A stretch of 64,000 nucleotides of DNA from Camelus ferus (lineage: Eukaryota): NCBI RefSeq assembly GCF_009834535.1, contig NC_045696.1:5954001-6018000 (forward strand), given 5' to 3'. The position numbers and the translations under genes were made by a program. Each line of letters starts with the position of its first letter. Position 1 is the first letter of the stretch. Shown piece after piece: positions 1 through 12,352 of the stretch. Below the pieces are notes generated by a model. The model did not search any database. It was not told where the DNA came from and saw only the letters and a program-made list of their open reading frames with translations.

Positions 1-857
1 ATAATTGCTCCTGGGACCCACTCATCTAATTCAGAAGGAAGAGCTGCCCCAGACAGGTCCCCTGTGTCTACGCATTTACAGAAAGGTTCTGCTTAGCCCA
101 ATAGGAACCAGTGGGACCAAATTTGGTGCCTGATTTTAGAGTCTTCTTTAACTGTCTTTCTATCCCTCCTGCATGGTTTCAGTAATTTAGGCATCTGCAG
201 ATGTTCACCAGGTTTGCTGGAGAGGTGGGGGCGGTGCTGGGGAGGTTGGAGGGACAAGCCCTTTTGTCATCTAAGAAGGTTTCCTTCAGGTGGTAAAAAC
301 GTTTCCCTTTATAATGGCTAATTGCCAAGGTTAAGGACGTGGCCACAATTAGCTGGAGGAATGTGACATGTGGGAACACCCAGGGAAGAATAAAGAGCTG
401 GTTGCAGAGGTTGGGTAGGGATTATCTGCGCCTACTGGCTGGCGGCCCCTGGGGTGGGTGGATGGCGCCACGGGAGTGGCTTCATGGAGGCCAACCTTCG
501 GGCTATGAAATGCAATTTTGAAAAGATAATTACACTATAATGCTGCTTAAATTTATTTCAAGAGCTTGTAAACCTGCTCACTCACTGTGTTGGAGGCTCT
601 GCTCCATGTAGACATAAATAAATGTGGTTTTTTGGCAAGAAATGTCACCATCAATTACATAAATGGTCTAGTCTGTGTCCCTCTCTCTGGATTGCTCAGT
701 TTGGGAGCAGTGGATTTATTGGTAGCTTGGATCCTTCCATCACTAAGAGGCCAAAGGAGTGACAAGGTGGTCCTGAGAAAGGTGACTGTGCCTCCCTGGG
801 TACCACGTCTGCCAGGGAGCACCCCCACTGGTAAACGGCCATGATGCTTGATGAAGT

Positions 858-985
858 CAAGGCTGCTTCTCAAATGTTAGTGTCCCCCAGATTCACCTGA
901 AGAGCCTGGGAAATGCAGCTTCCTGGCCCCTGGAAGCTTCTTTCTTTGAGCACCCCAGGTGAAGCCCAGACTGAGGAACCCCAGT
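858..985. mobile_element. MER5-like hAT-Charlie MITE relic
   Basis: Degenerate 'gcttctcaaatgttagtgt...attcacctg...aaatgcag.ttcctggcccc...gcaccccaggtga...tgaggaacc' pattern resembling MER5A. Confidence 0.5.
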
Positions 986-2867
986 GTGGTCCCCAGGGCT
1001 GGTTTCCCCCATATGAAACCATCTGAGAGGGAACACAATAGCTCCCCCATGCTTTTGACCCCCCAACACCAGTATTATGATTGATGTGAAAATGGGATCT
1101 GTCCTGAGAAAGGTTCTACCTCAAGGTGAATTAAGGGCTAAAAGAAATACAAAGGGCCAGCTATGAAGCCAGCTGCTGTTAACAGCTTCAAGCTCCATAT
1201 AAACACTTGCCTTTGCTTGGATCTGGAGGTGTTCCCTTCATCTGGTTCATTGCATCACTATTCACTGAGCACTTCCAAGTGCCAGGTGCGGGTGACTGAG
1301 GGGTGAGCAGACCGAGCCCCCGACCTGCCCTCATGGGGCCTGCAGTCCACGGGATGGGATCCTGTCCCGAAAACACCGATCGCTTTGTTTTCCTTTCCAC
1401 GCATCCTACCTCTCTCTTCAACCCAGATATCCGTTGTCTTGCATCCATTGTGTTGCAGAGTGCAACATTTCATATGACTCTTGAAGTTCATGGTCTTAGA
1501 ATGCAGGGCTTCTGATCCAAAACGATGTGTTCCATACTGAAGTCATGCAGGAACTCAGTGCGAGTGCCCATCTGGTGGGACAAGATGTGACGCCGCAAAA
1601 ACTGGGCTCCTGGAGGAAACTCCCCACCCTAGCCCCGTCTTGAGGGCTAAACCAAAGTGAAGTGTGTCCCAAAAGGAGTGAGGGAGGCTGTGGACCGTCG
1701 CTCTGAAAACCAAGCCCCAGTTTTGGTCAGTCCAAACATAGCACCAGTGTCGAGCATCAGAAAGGTCAAGCTGGGATGTCCCCTTTACCTCATGGTGGCT
1801 TCTTACCTGGGCCAGTCTGTCCACTGCCTCCAAACCAGCCCCCAGCATCCCGGTACCCTCTAGCCTAGTTCTGATGGTTCTTGGTGTAAACACCTCTGGG
1901 TATTCAGAGTCAGACTAGTTGTAGTTGCATCGTAAACCCAAAGCCTCGACTCTGAACGTAAGCAGTGTAATAAAGACCAGGAAAAGTAAGGGCAGAGACT
2001 GACGCCCCACTGTGCACAGGGCATTCTTAGACAGCTGAGCCAGGTGAGGGCAGCTTTGCTGGTTTGGGGTCAGCCCTCTCCCTGGGGATTAGGATCAGGG
2101 CTGCACCTTGGCTTCCCGGAAGCCCCATCGGCTGGGGAGGATGATGGGGACAGGGCTGGCCTCATGCCTTCCCCACCCCCTCACTCTCTCCTTTCTCCCA
2201 AGTGTGGACACCCCACCGACCAGGCCTGGACACTGTCATGATTGCCCAGACTCAGGGCCACCTGACCCCCCTCTGAGCTCTTACCCACGTGGTTCCCCTC
2301 ACCCAGAGCCACCTCCCCCTGCGCATCCCTATCACTTGTTCATAAAGTCTCGCTGAGATGCCTCTACCTTCCGTCAAACTTTCCCAACCGCACCTTTGAA
2401 CTCCTGTGCCCTTCGGGCGTGTACCTTGCTTTTAGGTTTGGATTGACACAGCGACTTTCCTACTTGACTCATAGGAAAGGATTTCACTGAACTCCCTCAT
2501 CTCCATTCGAAGGTCTGAACCTGACCTGGGGAAACACTCAGCAGAAGGACTACCCTGTGCTTATTCAGTTGCCTTGGGATGCAGGACAGCAAGAGGCTGT
2601 TGTAGACTGCGGGGCTGGGTGCAGAGTGCACGGCAAAATACGGTCCACTGTGTTGGCTCAAATTGGGCGGCGAATATGGTGACATAGTGAGAGAAGTAAA
2701 ATCCGGCACTTTACAGTGTGAGCTGCCCAAATTACCGAGGGTAACAATAACAGAAGAGTGTTTCTAAAGGCTACTATTTTTTTAATGCCCCAATGCACCA
2801 GGAAATTTATATACATATATATTTGACTCTTACAATAGCCTGGCAGTGCTCATCCAACCGTTATCCT

Positions 2868-2971
2868 CACCACCAGCACCACCATCACCAGCACCATCAT
2901 CACCACCACCAGCACCACCAGCACCACCAGCACCACCACCACCATCACCACTGTCACCATCCTCACCACCA
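2868..2971. repeat. (CAC/CAT/CAG)n imperfect trinucleotide microsatellite
   Basis: Directly visible caccaccagcaccaccatcac... run; source of the poly-His, poly-Pro and poly-Val ORFs. Confidence 0.95.
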
Positions 2972-2972
2972 T

Positions 2973-3075
2973 TATTTTACAGTTGGGATGACCAAGGTTT
3001 AGGAAGATGGAATGACTTGCCCGAGGTCCCACAGCTCGTTAGGGTCAGAGCCAGCATCTCAACTCAGGTCTTCAA
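2973..3075 (-). mobile_element. MIR SINE fragment
   Basis: ttttacagttggga...gacttgcccgaggtcccacagct...cagagccag...actcaggtct matches the MIR core. Confidence 0.7.
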
Positions 3076-4130
3076 ATCCATGCTTTACCCAAATACCCTA
3101 AAACTTCTTCATAAAAATAGTAATTATATGATTTATCTTTAAATGGATTAAATGGTTTTCCATTCATTATCTTGTCTGAAATAAAAAGGAGATTTTAGAA
3201 GTTATTTTTACACATGTAATACCAGTCAAATCTTGTGAAAACCCCCGGTTCCCACCTGGCTGCCCACTGGGCCACCTGAGATCTGGTTAAAACCAGACTC
3301 TGATTTCTAGACGTGAGGTCTTCATCTTCCAGGTGATCGTGATGGCCAGACTCAGGGCCTCCACTGATTTGGGATGTGATTTGTCCCTCAAAACCGACAT
3401 AACTAGGCTGACTCTTTCTTCTCAGAGGGCTACTGGTGGTGAGCTCCACGGCACATGGGGAGTAGGGCCCTTCTAACTCCCTGGGGTTCCGCCGGTGGGC
3501 CCGCTGTCCAGGAACTCACTCTTTCAGGGATTTGCCTGGAGGCCTGACTCCAGGGAGATGCCTCTTCTCACCTCTACTTTCTCTCTCTTTCTTAAAAAAA
3601 ACTTTTTGTTTCATATGTTACCAGTCTGTTAATACTTCTACACTTTCACGGGTGGAGGAAATGCATGTGGGAAGAGGATTCTAGAACAGGAGTAAGAGAC
3701 CCTGGCCTTGCACCCAGACCCAAATCCTTATAATCCACATGGCCTCAACAAAGCCACTTCTGAAAGCCCTACTTCCACTTGCCTATCCTGCCAAATGCAC
3801 AGGGTCACACAGCTCCCGAGAATCATAGAAGTCCTTTGAGAACTATAAGGCCTAATACAATGGACAGTGGGGTTAGGGGCAACGTGGCCACGGGCCTGGC
3901 ATGGCTTGAGGTCATAGATGGGGGTGACCAGACCCCCTGGCTTGCCTGGTTCACACTAGTGACCCTTCAACTCTCACAACTGATAAAAGATTCAGTGAAC
4001 TTCAACATAAGCCCCAAGCCTTGAGCTGTGGGACAAATCACTGAATCTCTGTCTTAACTTCCTACTCTATAAAACAGGGATCATGACATATGCATTTAGA
4101 CGCATATTTTGAACGTCAAAAGAGATTACA

Positions 4131-4639
4131 GAGGTAAGCTTGTATCACTATAAACTTCCCTCTGAGAACTGCTTTTGCTGTGTCCCATAGGTTGTGGATT
4201 GTTGTATATTCATTTTCATTTGTCTCTAAGCATTTTTTGATTTCCTCCTTGATTTCTTCAGTGATCCATTGGTTTAGTAGCATATTGTTCAGCCTCCACA
4301 TGTTTGTGTTTTTTGTAATATTTTTCTTATAGTTGATCTCTAATCTCATAGCATAGTGGTTGGAAAAGATGCATGATATGATTTCAATTTTCTTAAATTT
4401 ACTGAGGCTTGCTGTGTGAGCCAACATGTGATCTATCCTGGAGAATGTTCCGTGTGCACTTGAGAAGAATGTGTGTTCTGCTGCTTTACAATGGAATGCT
4501 CTGTAAATATCAGTTAAGTCCATATTTTCTAATGTGTCATTTAAGGCCTGAGTTTCCTTATTGATTTTCTGCCTGGATGATGGAAGTGGGGTGTTAAGGT
4601 CCCTCACTATTATTGTGTTACTGTCAATTTCTCCTTTTA
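4131..4639 (-). mobile_element. L1 ORF2 fragment (endonuclease C-terminal half), inverted segment of a composite L1
   Basis: Minus-strand translation [18 protein letters not shown]...DIYRAFH...[18 protein letters not shown]...[22 protein letters not shown]...[14 protein letters not shown] is diagnostic of L1 ORF2p. Confidence 0.95.
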
Positions 4640-5214
4640 ATAGCCAAGACATGGAAACACTTAAATGTCCAACAACAGATGAATGGATAAAGATGTGGTG
4701 TGTGCGTATGTATATATATATATGCAATAGAATATTACTCAGCCATAAAAAAGAATGAAATAAAGCTATTTGCAGCAACATGGATGGACCTAGAGGTGAT
4801 CACACTAAGTGACATAGGTCAGACAGAGAAAGACAAATGTCATAAGATATCACTTATATGTAGAATCTAGAAAGAAAAATAAAACAAATTCTATTTACAA
4901 ACCAAAAACAGACTCATGGACATAGAAAACAAACTATGATTACCAAAGGGGAAAGGGTGGGGAGGGGTAAATTAGGGTTTGGGGATTAACAGACAGACGT
5001 CACTATATATAAAATAGATAAACAACAAGGAGCTACTGTGCAGCACAGGGAACTACATTCAATTTCTTGTAATAACATATAATGGAAAGGAACCTGAAAA
5101 GAAAAAAATATATATGTATGTGTACATATAACTGAATCATTTTGCCATACACCTGAAATTAACATTGTAAGTTGACTACAATTCAAGAAAAATGTTTTTA
5201 AAAATTAAAAAAAA
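4640..5214 (+). mobile_element. L1 3' end (ORF2 C-terminus, 3'UTR, A-rich tail), artiodactyl type
   Basis: atagccaagacatggaaaca..aaatgtcca...gaatggataaag...gcagcaacatggatggacctagag...aaatagataaacaacaagg...ctgaatca.tttgc..tacacctgaaa.taacattgtaa followed by an A-rich tail. Confidence 0.93.
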
Positions 5215-6419
5215 GCAATTCCAATCGAGAGCTCTTTATAAGCTGGAAAACAATCATGTAAATAGTGACGTTACTGGTGCTCAGTCCAGGTGGTGCGAAG
5301 CTGGGTGGCACCACTCCGTGTAAGCTCTGGAATGTGGTTCTTTGCCAAGAGCTGTCCCTTCCCTCCTTTGACTCCTCCGTCCCCTGGCCCAAGAGCCCCT
5401 TTGCTTCCCCAGTTACCTTGTCTGAAAACGAGAGGACTGGCACCTGGATTTCTGAGCTGCCTCCCAGGGTTGACGTTCTGTGATTTCATGATTCTTAAGA
5501 ATGGTCGGCCCGCTGGTGTGGGCTGGTTGTTTTCTTAAGAACAAAGAAAGCCAGACAACCTAAACATGAAATCCAACCCCAGCAATGAATTACATGGACT
5601 TTGAAAACAGCATTAAGCAGAATGGTTATGTCTAATACCGAGCCTACCAGCCTTGCCAGGGCCTGGTAACCCGAGTCAGATGTCTGAACTTGATAGACAC
5701 CTGCAGGTACAGTTACGGCTTTTAGTCCACCAGGCTCTGTTGTTGAGGCTGCTGGAGAGCATTCAATAGCTTTCTTTAAAAGCCTTGCGTTATGTGACTC
5801 TTTGTTTTCCCAAGCAGAATTGCCGTGTTGCAGACAACTGACTTCAGCGCCTCGGCCTCTGGTAGAGGGCTTTTTGGACCTGGGTTTGTTTTGCTTTTGT
5901 CGAGTTTCTGTGCAATCTCCGGGGATGTCTCCTGGCAATTAATTAATGTTGTAGTATGTCCTTGAGGATCATGTTGGGGTTCTCCCTTGCATTGGATGAT
6001 GAGATTACTGGAGGGAGTCTGGCTAGAAGATTTACAGGTGGAATCGGAGGCTGCAGGCTTCTCAGAACCTGGGCTCCAGACAGAAATAATGGAAATAAGA
6101 GAGAGAGAAGCTCTTTATATTCAGACCAGCCATCCTAGGGTAGTGCCCACTCTTGGGTCAGCCCTGAGTCCAGGCCCTGTCTCTCAGGGATGGCCACTCA
6201 CCCTAAAATAACCCCAGCGCTACACTTTAGCTCTCTCTTTTCCACTGACCCTTGTCCTCGGACTCACAGTTTCTACCCCAAGCAGCTGTACTGAGATATT
6301 TTGCTAAACAGAGACAGCCGCTTCCCTAAAAGCTATGCTGGTAACTTTAAGATAGTACATTTTTGGAAGTGCATGAGACACGAGTTGGCTGTTGGATGGG
6401 ACTTTAAAGTCACATTTAT

Positions 6420-6700
6420 TTGTCTGATCAATATTTATTAAGCATCCACTCTTCTGGGGACAGAAAGATGGCCAGGACCACACTCTCCGTGCTCCAGGAG
6501 CTTTTAGTCTCATAAGAGAGACAGTCCTCAGTGAGCAGTGTGACTCCGTGGAGCAGCGCATCCGTTGTGCCGATAGGGAGGTGGGGCTTGGGGTTTGAAA
6601 TTTCCGACTGGGAGTCAGGGAAGACTTTGCCAGAGGAACTAGCCTTTAGCTAGATTTAAAAGACGTTGGAAATGTAGAAATGGAGGGAAGAGAAGGGAGA
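6420..6700 (-). mobile_element. L2 LINE 3' fragment
   Basis: aatatttattaagcatccact...ctccaggagcttt.agtct...gtcagggaagactttgccagagga pattern. Confidence 0.55.
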
Positions 6701-6949
6701 GGACCCCCAGGCGGAGTTCACAGCCTCATCCGAGGCTCAGAGGCAGCGCCATAGACAGACATCAGAAGACGTGTTGGGGTGAAAGGAGTGGGTAGCCTTC
6801 CGGTTTCTTGGCTCTTTGGAGTGATCCCTGCTGCCCAAAGAACAAGAGAAAAGCTCAACCAACTGCAAATCAACAACCAGATCCAGAGACCCTGGGAGCA
6901 GATATGCATGAGCAAAAACCTCTCCAGAATGAGTGTTGGGTCCTTTTAC

Positions 6950-7133
6950 CCGACACAACATGTCTAGCTTTCAAAAAAAAAAATTACAAGGCATAGTAAA
7001 AGACAAAAAGGAGTTCAAAGAGAGGGAACACGCATCAGAACTTGACTCAGCTGTGGCAGAGATGTTGGAATCGTCAGAACAGGAATTTGAAACGATGATT
7101 AAGATGCTATGGGCTCTAATGCACCAAGTGGAA
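6950..7133 (+). mobile_element. Old L1M 5'/ORF1-start fragment
   Basis: aaaaaattacaaggcat..aaaagaca...gcatcagaac..gactcag.tgtggcagagatgttggaat..tcagaacaggaattt.aaa...atgatta.gatgcta.gggctctaatg resembles the L1M ORF1 N-terminal region. Confidence 0.7.
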
Positions 7134-10079
7134 GGAACGGAGCCTCGCGTGCAGGCCGGACCGCGGGGACACTGAGTGTGGGTGTGAGCGCGTGTCTGCC
7201 CTCATTGTTCCCAAAAGAACAGCCCCCTCTGCTCTGTCCTCATGGCTGCCTGAGACTGGCCAGGTCTGAGCTCTTCTAAACCACTGATTCTCTCTGGGTC
7301 CTTGTCTGGCGACCCCAGTGCCCAGGCTGGCAAGAACAACAAAAGCATAAAAAACCTATGTGTGAAGTCAGGATTCAGCTGAGGTCTGGCTTCCTGGAGT
7401 TGAGGACAGAAAAGAGGGCTTGGTGACAGCAGCATGATGCAAACAATGACTTTCTATTGTTTGAGCAGAAGGATGTCAGAGCAGATCATCCTTCCTTCCT
7501 TCCTTCTTTTCAATCACTCACTTGTCCCAGGCTGAGTTAGCACGTCACATACTCTCTTAGCCATGATGAGAACAGCCCAGCAATCTAGGCAATACTAGGA
7601 AGATGGAGAATGGGCCATAAAGGGGTGTGGGCAGGTATCCGTGGGGAGATTAGGGGGTTCAGCGGGAGAAGAGGCTAGTGAGTCTTGGGTCCAGAGGAAG
7701 GCCAGTCCGTCCCCTTGGAGGGGATGTTCATTTTGCCTCCCCAGGCTCCTTCCCCGACTCCTGATGTCAGACCCTCCCCTCGCCCTTGACCACAGGGTAG
7801 GTGGCCTTGGACCCACTTGTCTGTGAGGGCGGATTCAGATGGAGTGACACCACCAGACATAAGGGTGACAAAGGAACCGGCAGCCAATGGAATCTCTCCC
7901 CATATTTCTCTCTAAAGACATCCCTGACTCCAGTATTTCAATGGGGAATTTAATAGAGTCCCAGCCCTTGCAGTGAGAGCTTTCAAATCAAGCCCACAAA
8001 TGCATTTGCACGCCCACTGCAAGGCAGTGCTGGGTCCTCATGCTTTAGGTTTTTGCTTAAAAAAAAAGCAGAGGTGCTGCCTTGCATTACATCATTTCCA
8101 TCAGACTGAAATGAGAGCCACAACAAAAATGCATTTTTTTGTGCAGCCGCCAAGAGCAAGGGGAGCCTCTCCTCCCAGCTGGTCCTGCCTGTGCTGAGCC
8201 CCTCACTGGCTGAATTCGGGAAGTGAGTGTGGTTTTGGGGTGACATGCATCTGCCACTCACTAGCTGTATGATCTTCAGTGAGTCACGTACGTTTTCTGA
8301 GTCTCTGCTTCCTCCTCTGTGATGAGGTCCCCAAACACCCACTTCCAGGGTTACCATGCAGATGAGCCAGAGCAGCCCATTTCTGACAGTCCCCTTGGCC
8401 AGCACCAGGCTGAGCGTTTCACATCTGCTGACCCGTCAGATCCCCGTGACCATCCCAGGAGCTGGCTTGGTTATTGTCCCCTTTGGACAGAAGCAGACGC
8501 TGAGGCACTTCCCTGAGGAGGACCTGGCCCGAGGTCACGCATGTCTAAGTGGTGGAGCTGGGACTTAACCCCAGCAATCCAGGTCCAATGGATGTGCTCA
8601 CCTCTTTGCCACGCCTCCTTTTGTAGGGCGAGCGCCCCCCAGGTGAGCAATACCTGGGATGGAGCTGACACCGTTCATTTCACTTTCTCAGTGTACATGG
8701 AAACTTTCTGTGGCCCAGCCCGGACACAAAGCACGTTCTCCAAAGGTTAACGTCAGCCCTGTGAGCCCTGTGCTGCGTGAGTCTCAGGGTGGGCTGGGGT
8801 GGGGTTACAGGTAAAGAGAGTGCAGGACACTGTCTAGAGAGTGGCTTTCGTTTCTGTGTCCACAAAATGGGCATAGGAGCCGTCAGTGGCACTTTTACAG
8901 TGACCAAGGACGCCCCTGGGCAAGAAGGAATCTTGACGGTCTAACACTGCTTCTTCATTTCTGTCTGAAACAGGCTTGGGCCAATCCAGCTCCTGTTCTA
9001 CAGGCCGAAGGAGAGACTATGGCAAAACTACTGAGAGGAACGAATTAAGAACTGGGAGAGTAAGTGACACAAAAATCCAAGATCAGATCTTTGATCCCGT
9101 TTCCCACTCAGCCTCCAAGGGAGACACAGAAGGACATTAGTGAGCACGATTTAAGGGAAAGACGCTGCTGAAACTGACACAGCCTCTTCGGTTCAGATGA
9201 AATGGAATCCTTGGTACCCTCATTCATCCCTGGCCCCAGCCAGGAACCTCCAGGTCTGGACGCATGGCCTGTCTGTTAAGGGCTGTTCCAAGGCTCCGTC
9301 CTGCAATTCCCGCCCATGTGAGTCAAGGTCAAGGCTGACCTCACGTGAAGCCCGCTCTGTGAAGAAGTCAGTATTAAGTCGGATGAAAGCTTCCCCTGGT
9401 CTTCCCAGGAAGAAAGGGTTTGTGACAGACAAGTAGATGCTACCCTTCTTCCCCACTGGTTTTGAAGTAGGCGTGTAGACGGGCTGGTGGTCCAGAAAGC
9501 AGACCTTGGGCTGCCCGGGGCTGTCGCTGTTGGTTGTATGACCTCGTGCGGGTCACTAAACCTCCCTAAACCTCAGTTTGCTCATCAACCAAAAGGGACA
9601 ATTACTGCAGGTAGTATCGTGGTGATGTGTTGCTGAGTTTTTATTGGGATAAACTAACACTGGGCTGACACTTTCAGTGCATGACTAGGTGTGTTTAAAT
9701 CCCTGCTCAGCTTCCCGTGTTTTCTCCCGAGCGTGACGTCGTGCTCACGGACGGCCTTGGAGGCTGCATTCTCTGTGAACCCGACGGGAGCCTAGGGCCG
9801 GGCCCAGCCGCACCTGCCCCGCCTCTCCGCTTGCTCCCTGCGGAGGTGGCCCCGTCTGCCTCCCGCGGGCCCCTCCCTCCTTCTCCCCGGCTCAGCCCGA
9901 GGTCTGAGCCTGTTCAACCACAACAATTAGAGGGCTAGTTTGTTTTACGGGGAGGCTCAGATTGCTAACTCACTCTGGGTAATTACAGTGGGGTGGAAGC
10001 TGGCGTTGGCTCTCCTAAGGGTTTAGAATTCCAGAATCAACCGTGGCTCTCATTTCTTTATTAAATACACTAAGCTAGC

Positions 10080-10385
10080 CCAGGGTTCTCAGCCCCGGTG
10101 CTGCTGGCATTCTGGGCCGGATCAATCTTTGCCTGGCTGGGGGCTGCCCTGGGCATTGTAGGGTGCTGGGTGGCCAGCAGCCTGACCCTCCCCCAGGGGT
10201 GCCAACGGGGAGTGTCTCCAGGGCAGGGTCGGGACGAGGGCAGGCGGGTGAGGTGCCCAGGCTTTGCAGGATCTGAGAGAGGACCTTCCGCGTTACCTCC
10301 TTGCTTTTTGCTTGCTCATCCTTTTCCAGACATGGCCACACGCCCCTGGGGCGGGGAGCAAAATTGCCTTGATTGAGAACCTCTG
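10080..10385 (-). mobile_element. MER20 hAT-Charlie DNA transposon relic
   Basis: cagggttctcagccccggtgctgctggcattctgggccggat...gggctgccctgggcattgtagggtg...ccagacatggcca...gcaaaattgcc..gattgagaacctctg. Confidence 0.75.
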
Positions 10386-11479
10386 AGCTGGGGGCTTTGT
10401 CTCTCTGCAAGAAGGAGGCAGCTGTGGACCTTCAGAGGGCCCTCGGATCTCTCAGACACCTCAGTGTCTCCTGACGTTCTCTGCTCTGGTCCAGAGCCAC
10501 TCTCATGTGGCGTCAGGACATGGGGCCTAGACGCTGAAGGGCCTCATGACCCAGCCAGGACTCAGGCAGGTATTTTGATAATCACAAAACAAAGCAGAGT
10601 GCTGAGAATTGTGGTCCCCAAAGTGACCGCATCTGGACTACAATGCTTTAAGGAGAAGTAAGAGCCGTCCCTTGATTCCTGGTTTGGTCACCTTGGGATG
10701 GGAGAGATCCCGCCATTCCAGCTCACTACCAGAGATGTCCCAGCTGCGTTCACTCTGTCTTCCCAGGGTGGAGATCTCCTGTAGAGGACCTGATAGCTAA
10801 CAGAACATCTTTGTTATTCAGCAATGTTACGAAACATCCCCTCAAAATCTCAAAACCAAAACAAAATCGCTGAAACGTGAAAAACGACTGTATATCTTAG
10901 GAAAGATGGTGGTTATGAAGTCAAATGCCAGAGAGATTTCTGCCCCAGAAATGAGGAGGAGCACGGGGTTGCTCGTGACTGGAAGGATGTGCCCCTCAGC
11001 CCTGCCCCTTCACCTGTGCTGTGGTTCAGGTGTGGTCACAGGCGGGCCGGGCAGCAGCACAGGTTCCAGAATGTCCCCAGAGGAGAGGCTGGGGGAAGAG
11101 AAGGCTGAGTTTGTACATCAGGTTGGCACCCTCGTCCTTAAATGTCTGTTTCAGATCAACAAAAGGAGCAGGAAGCTTTTATCCACATTTTCAAAGATGG
11201 AAAACCTCAACTCTACATCAAATAATACTGTTTTTTTCTTCTCAAGGGGTGGCGTTGAGGTGCTGATGGGACGGAAGGCAGGGCTAACGCACACGTCCCC
11301 CGGCCTCCACGGCTGGACGCTCGGAAGTAACCAGCCGCTTCCCTCCTGCAGCGCGGGAGAGGCCGCCCCTGTGCCTCTCAGCCTGTCCCCTCTGCAAGGC
11401 CACGATGAGCAGAAGAGTCCCTCACATCCTGTATTTTCTGCTTACCCCTGACTCCGCAGAAGGCACCTGGATTATGCCC

Positions 11480-11670
11480 AAGTCCTATCACTCGACAGCC
11501 ATGGGTGACCTTGAGCAAGTTCCTTACCCTCTCTAAGCCTACGGCTCCTCACCCGTGAAGTGGGTCAGATTAATCTCCACCCCACAGGGCATTGTTCACA
11601 TTCAATAGGGCGCTGCCACAGTGCCTAGCATATATCAAATGTTCTCACTGCAGAGTTATTATTAGTAGAA
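11480..11670 (+). mobile_element. MIR SINE
   Basis: gtgaccttgagcaagttccttaccctctctaagcct...cagtgcctagcatat. Confidence 0.7.
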
Positions 11671-11927
11671 GCTGGCGTAATGGTAATAGGTATCCACCTG
11701 TGGCTCTTATCAGCCCAGCGGCCTGCAGGAGAGGCCAGAGCCTTGGGAAATGGTGACTATGCTTAGAGGTACTAATGAATTGCTGTCTTTGCTAGGAAAA
11801 AACCAAAATAACTGCTGATCTTACTTGTTCTCTAGGTAAGTTCATAAATGCCCATCTGAGATTTTGAGTAAATGTACCCTCTTAAGTGTTGAAAAATGCA
11901 AATAAATTATTTACCCCAAAGACCAGT

Positions 11928-12225
11928 GTAACAGTCAGGACAAGCTAGGCTTTTGCTGCTGTGATAAACAATCCCCAAATCTCATTGGCATTAGAGGTTT
12001 TGTTTATTTCTTGCTCATTATAAGCCCACCTGAGGTCAGCAGCGGTGGGGACTCTGCTATCCTATCACTCAGGGTCCCGGGCTCCACTCTGAAATTTTGT
12101 TGTTGCCATGACAGGGGAAGGAAAAGAGTGGGGCATTTTACAGGAATGGTCACCGCCTCAGCCTGGAAGTGACATGTATCCACTTCTGTTCGCTTTTCAT
12201 GGGCCAGAACGGGTCACATGGGGCT
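11928..12225. mobile_element. Old MaLR (MLT1-type) LTR fragment
   Basis: tgtaacagtcaggacaagctaggcttttgctgctgtgataaacaatccccaaatctca...tttatttcttgctca...gaagtgacatgtatccacttctg. Confidence 0.55.
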
Positions 12226-12352
12226 GGGAAGGGCGGGTGCCCTTCTCCCCAGCAAGGAGGGGGGTGGGATGCTGGTGTGCACAACTGGCCTCCCCCACGC
12301 CCACAGGCCACAGCAGGACCAGAGGCCATTTGTCCAGTGGGAGTTGTTGAGA

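Noticed and set aside
2793..3142. Poly-His, poly-Pro and poly-Val ORFs
   Set aside because: All are frames of a (CAC)n microsatellite running into a MIR; no splice or homology support
4116..4781. 221-aa ORF, the longest with real homology
   Set aside because: Chimeric read-through across the L1 inversion junction (antisense 3' piece plus EN fragment); a retrotransposon relic, not a gene
10906..11451. 181-aa ATG-initiated ORF
   Set aside because: No recognisable domain or coding-like composition; expected by chance in GC-rich DNA
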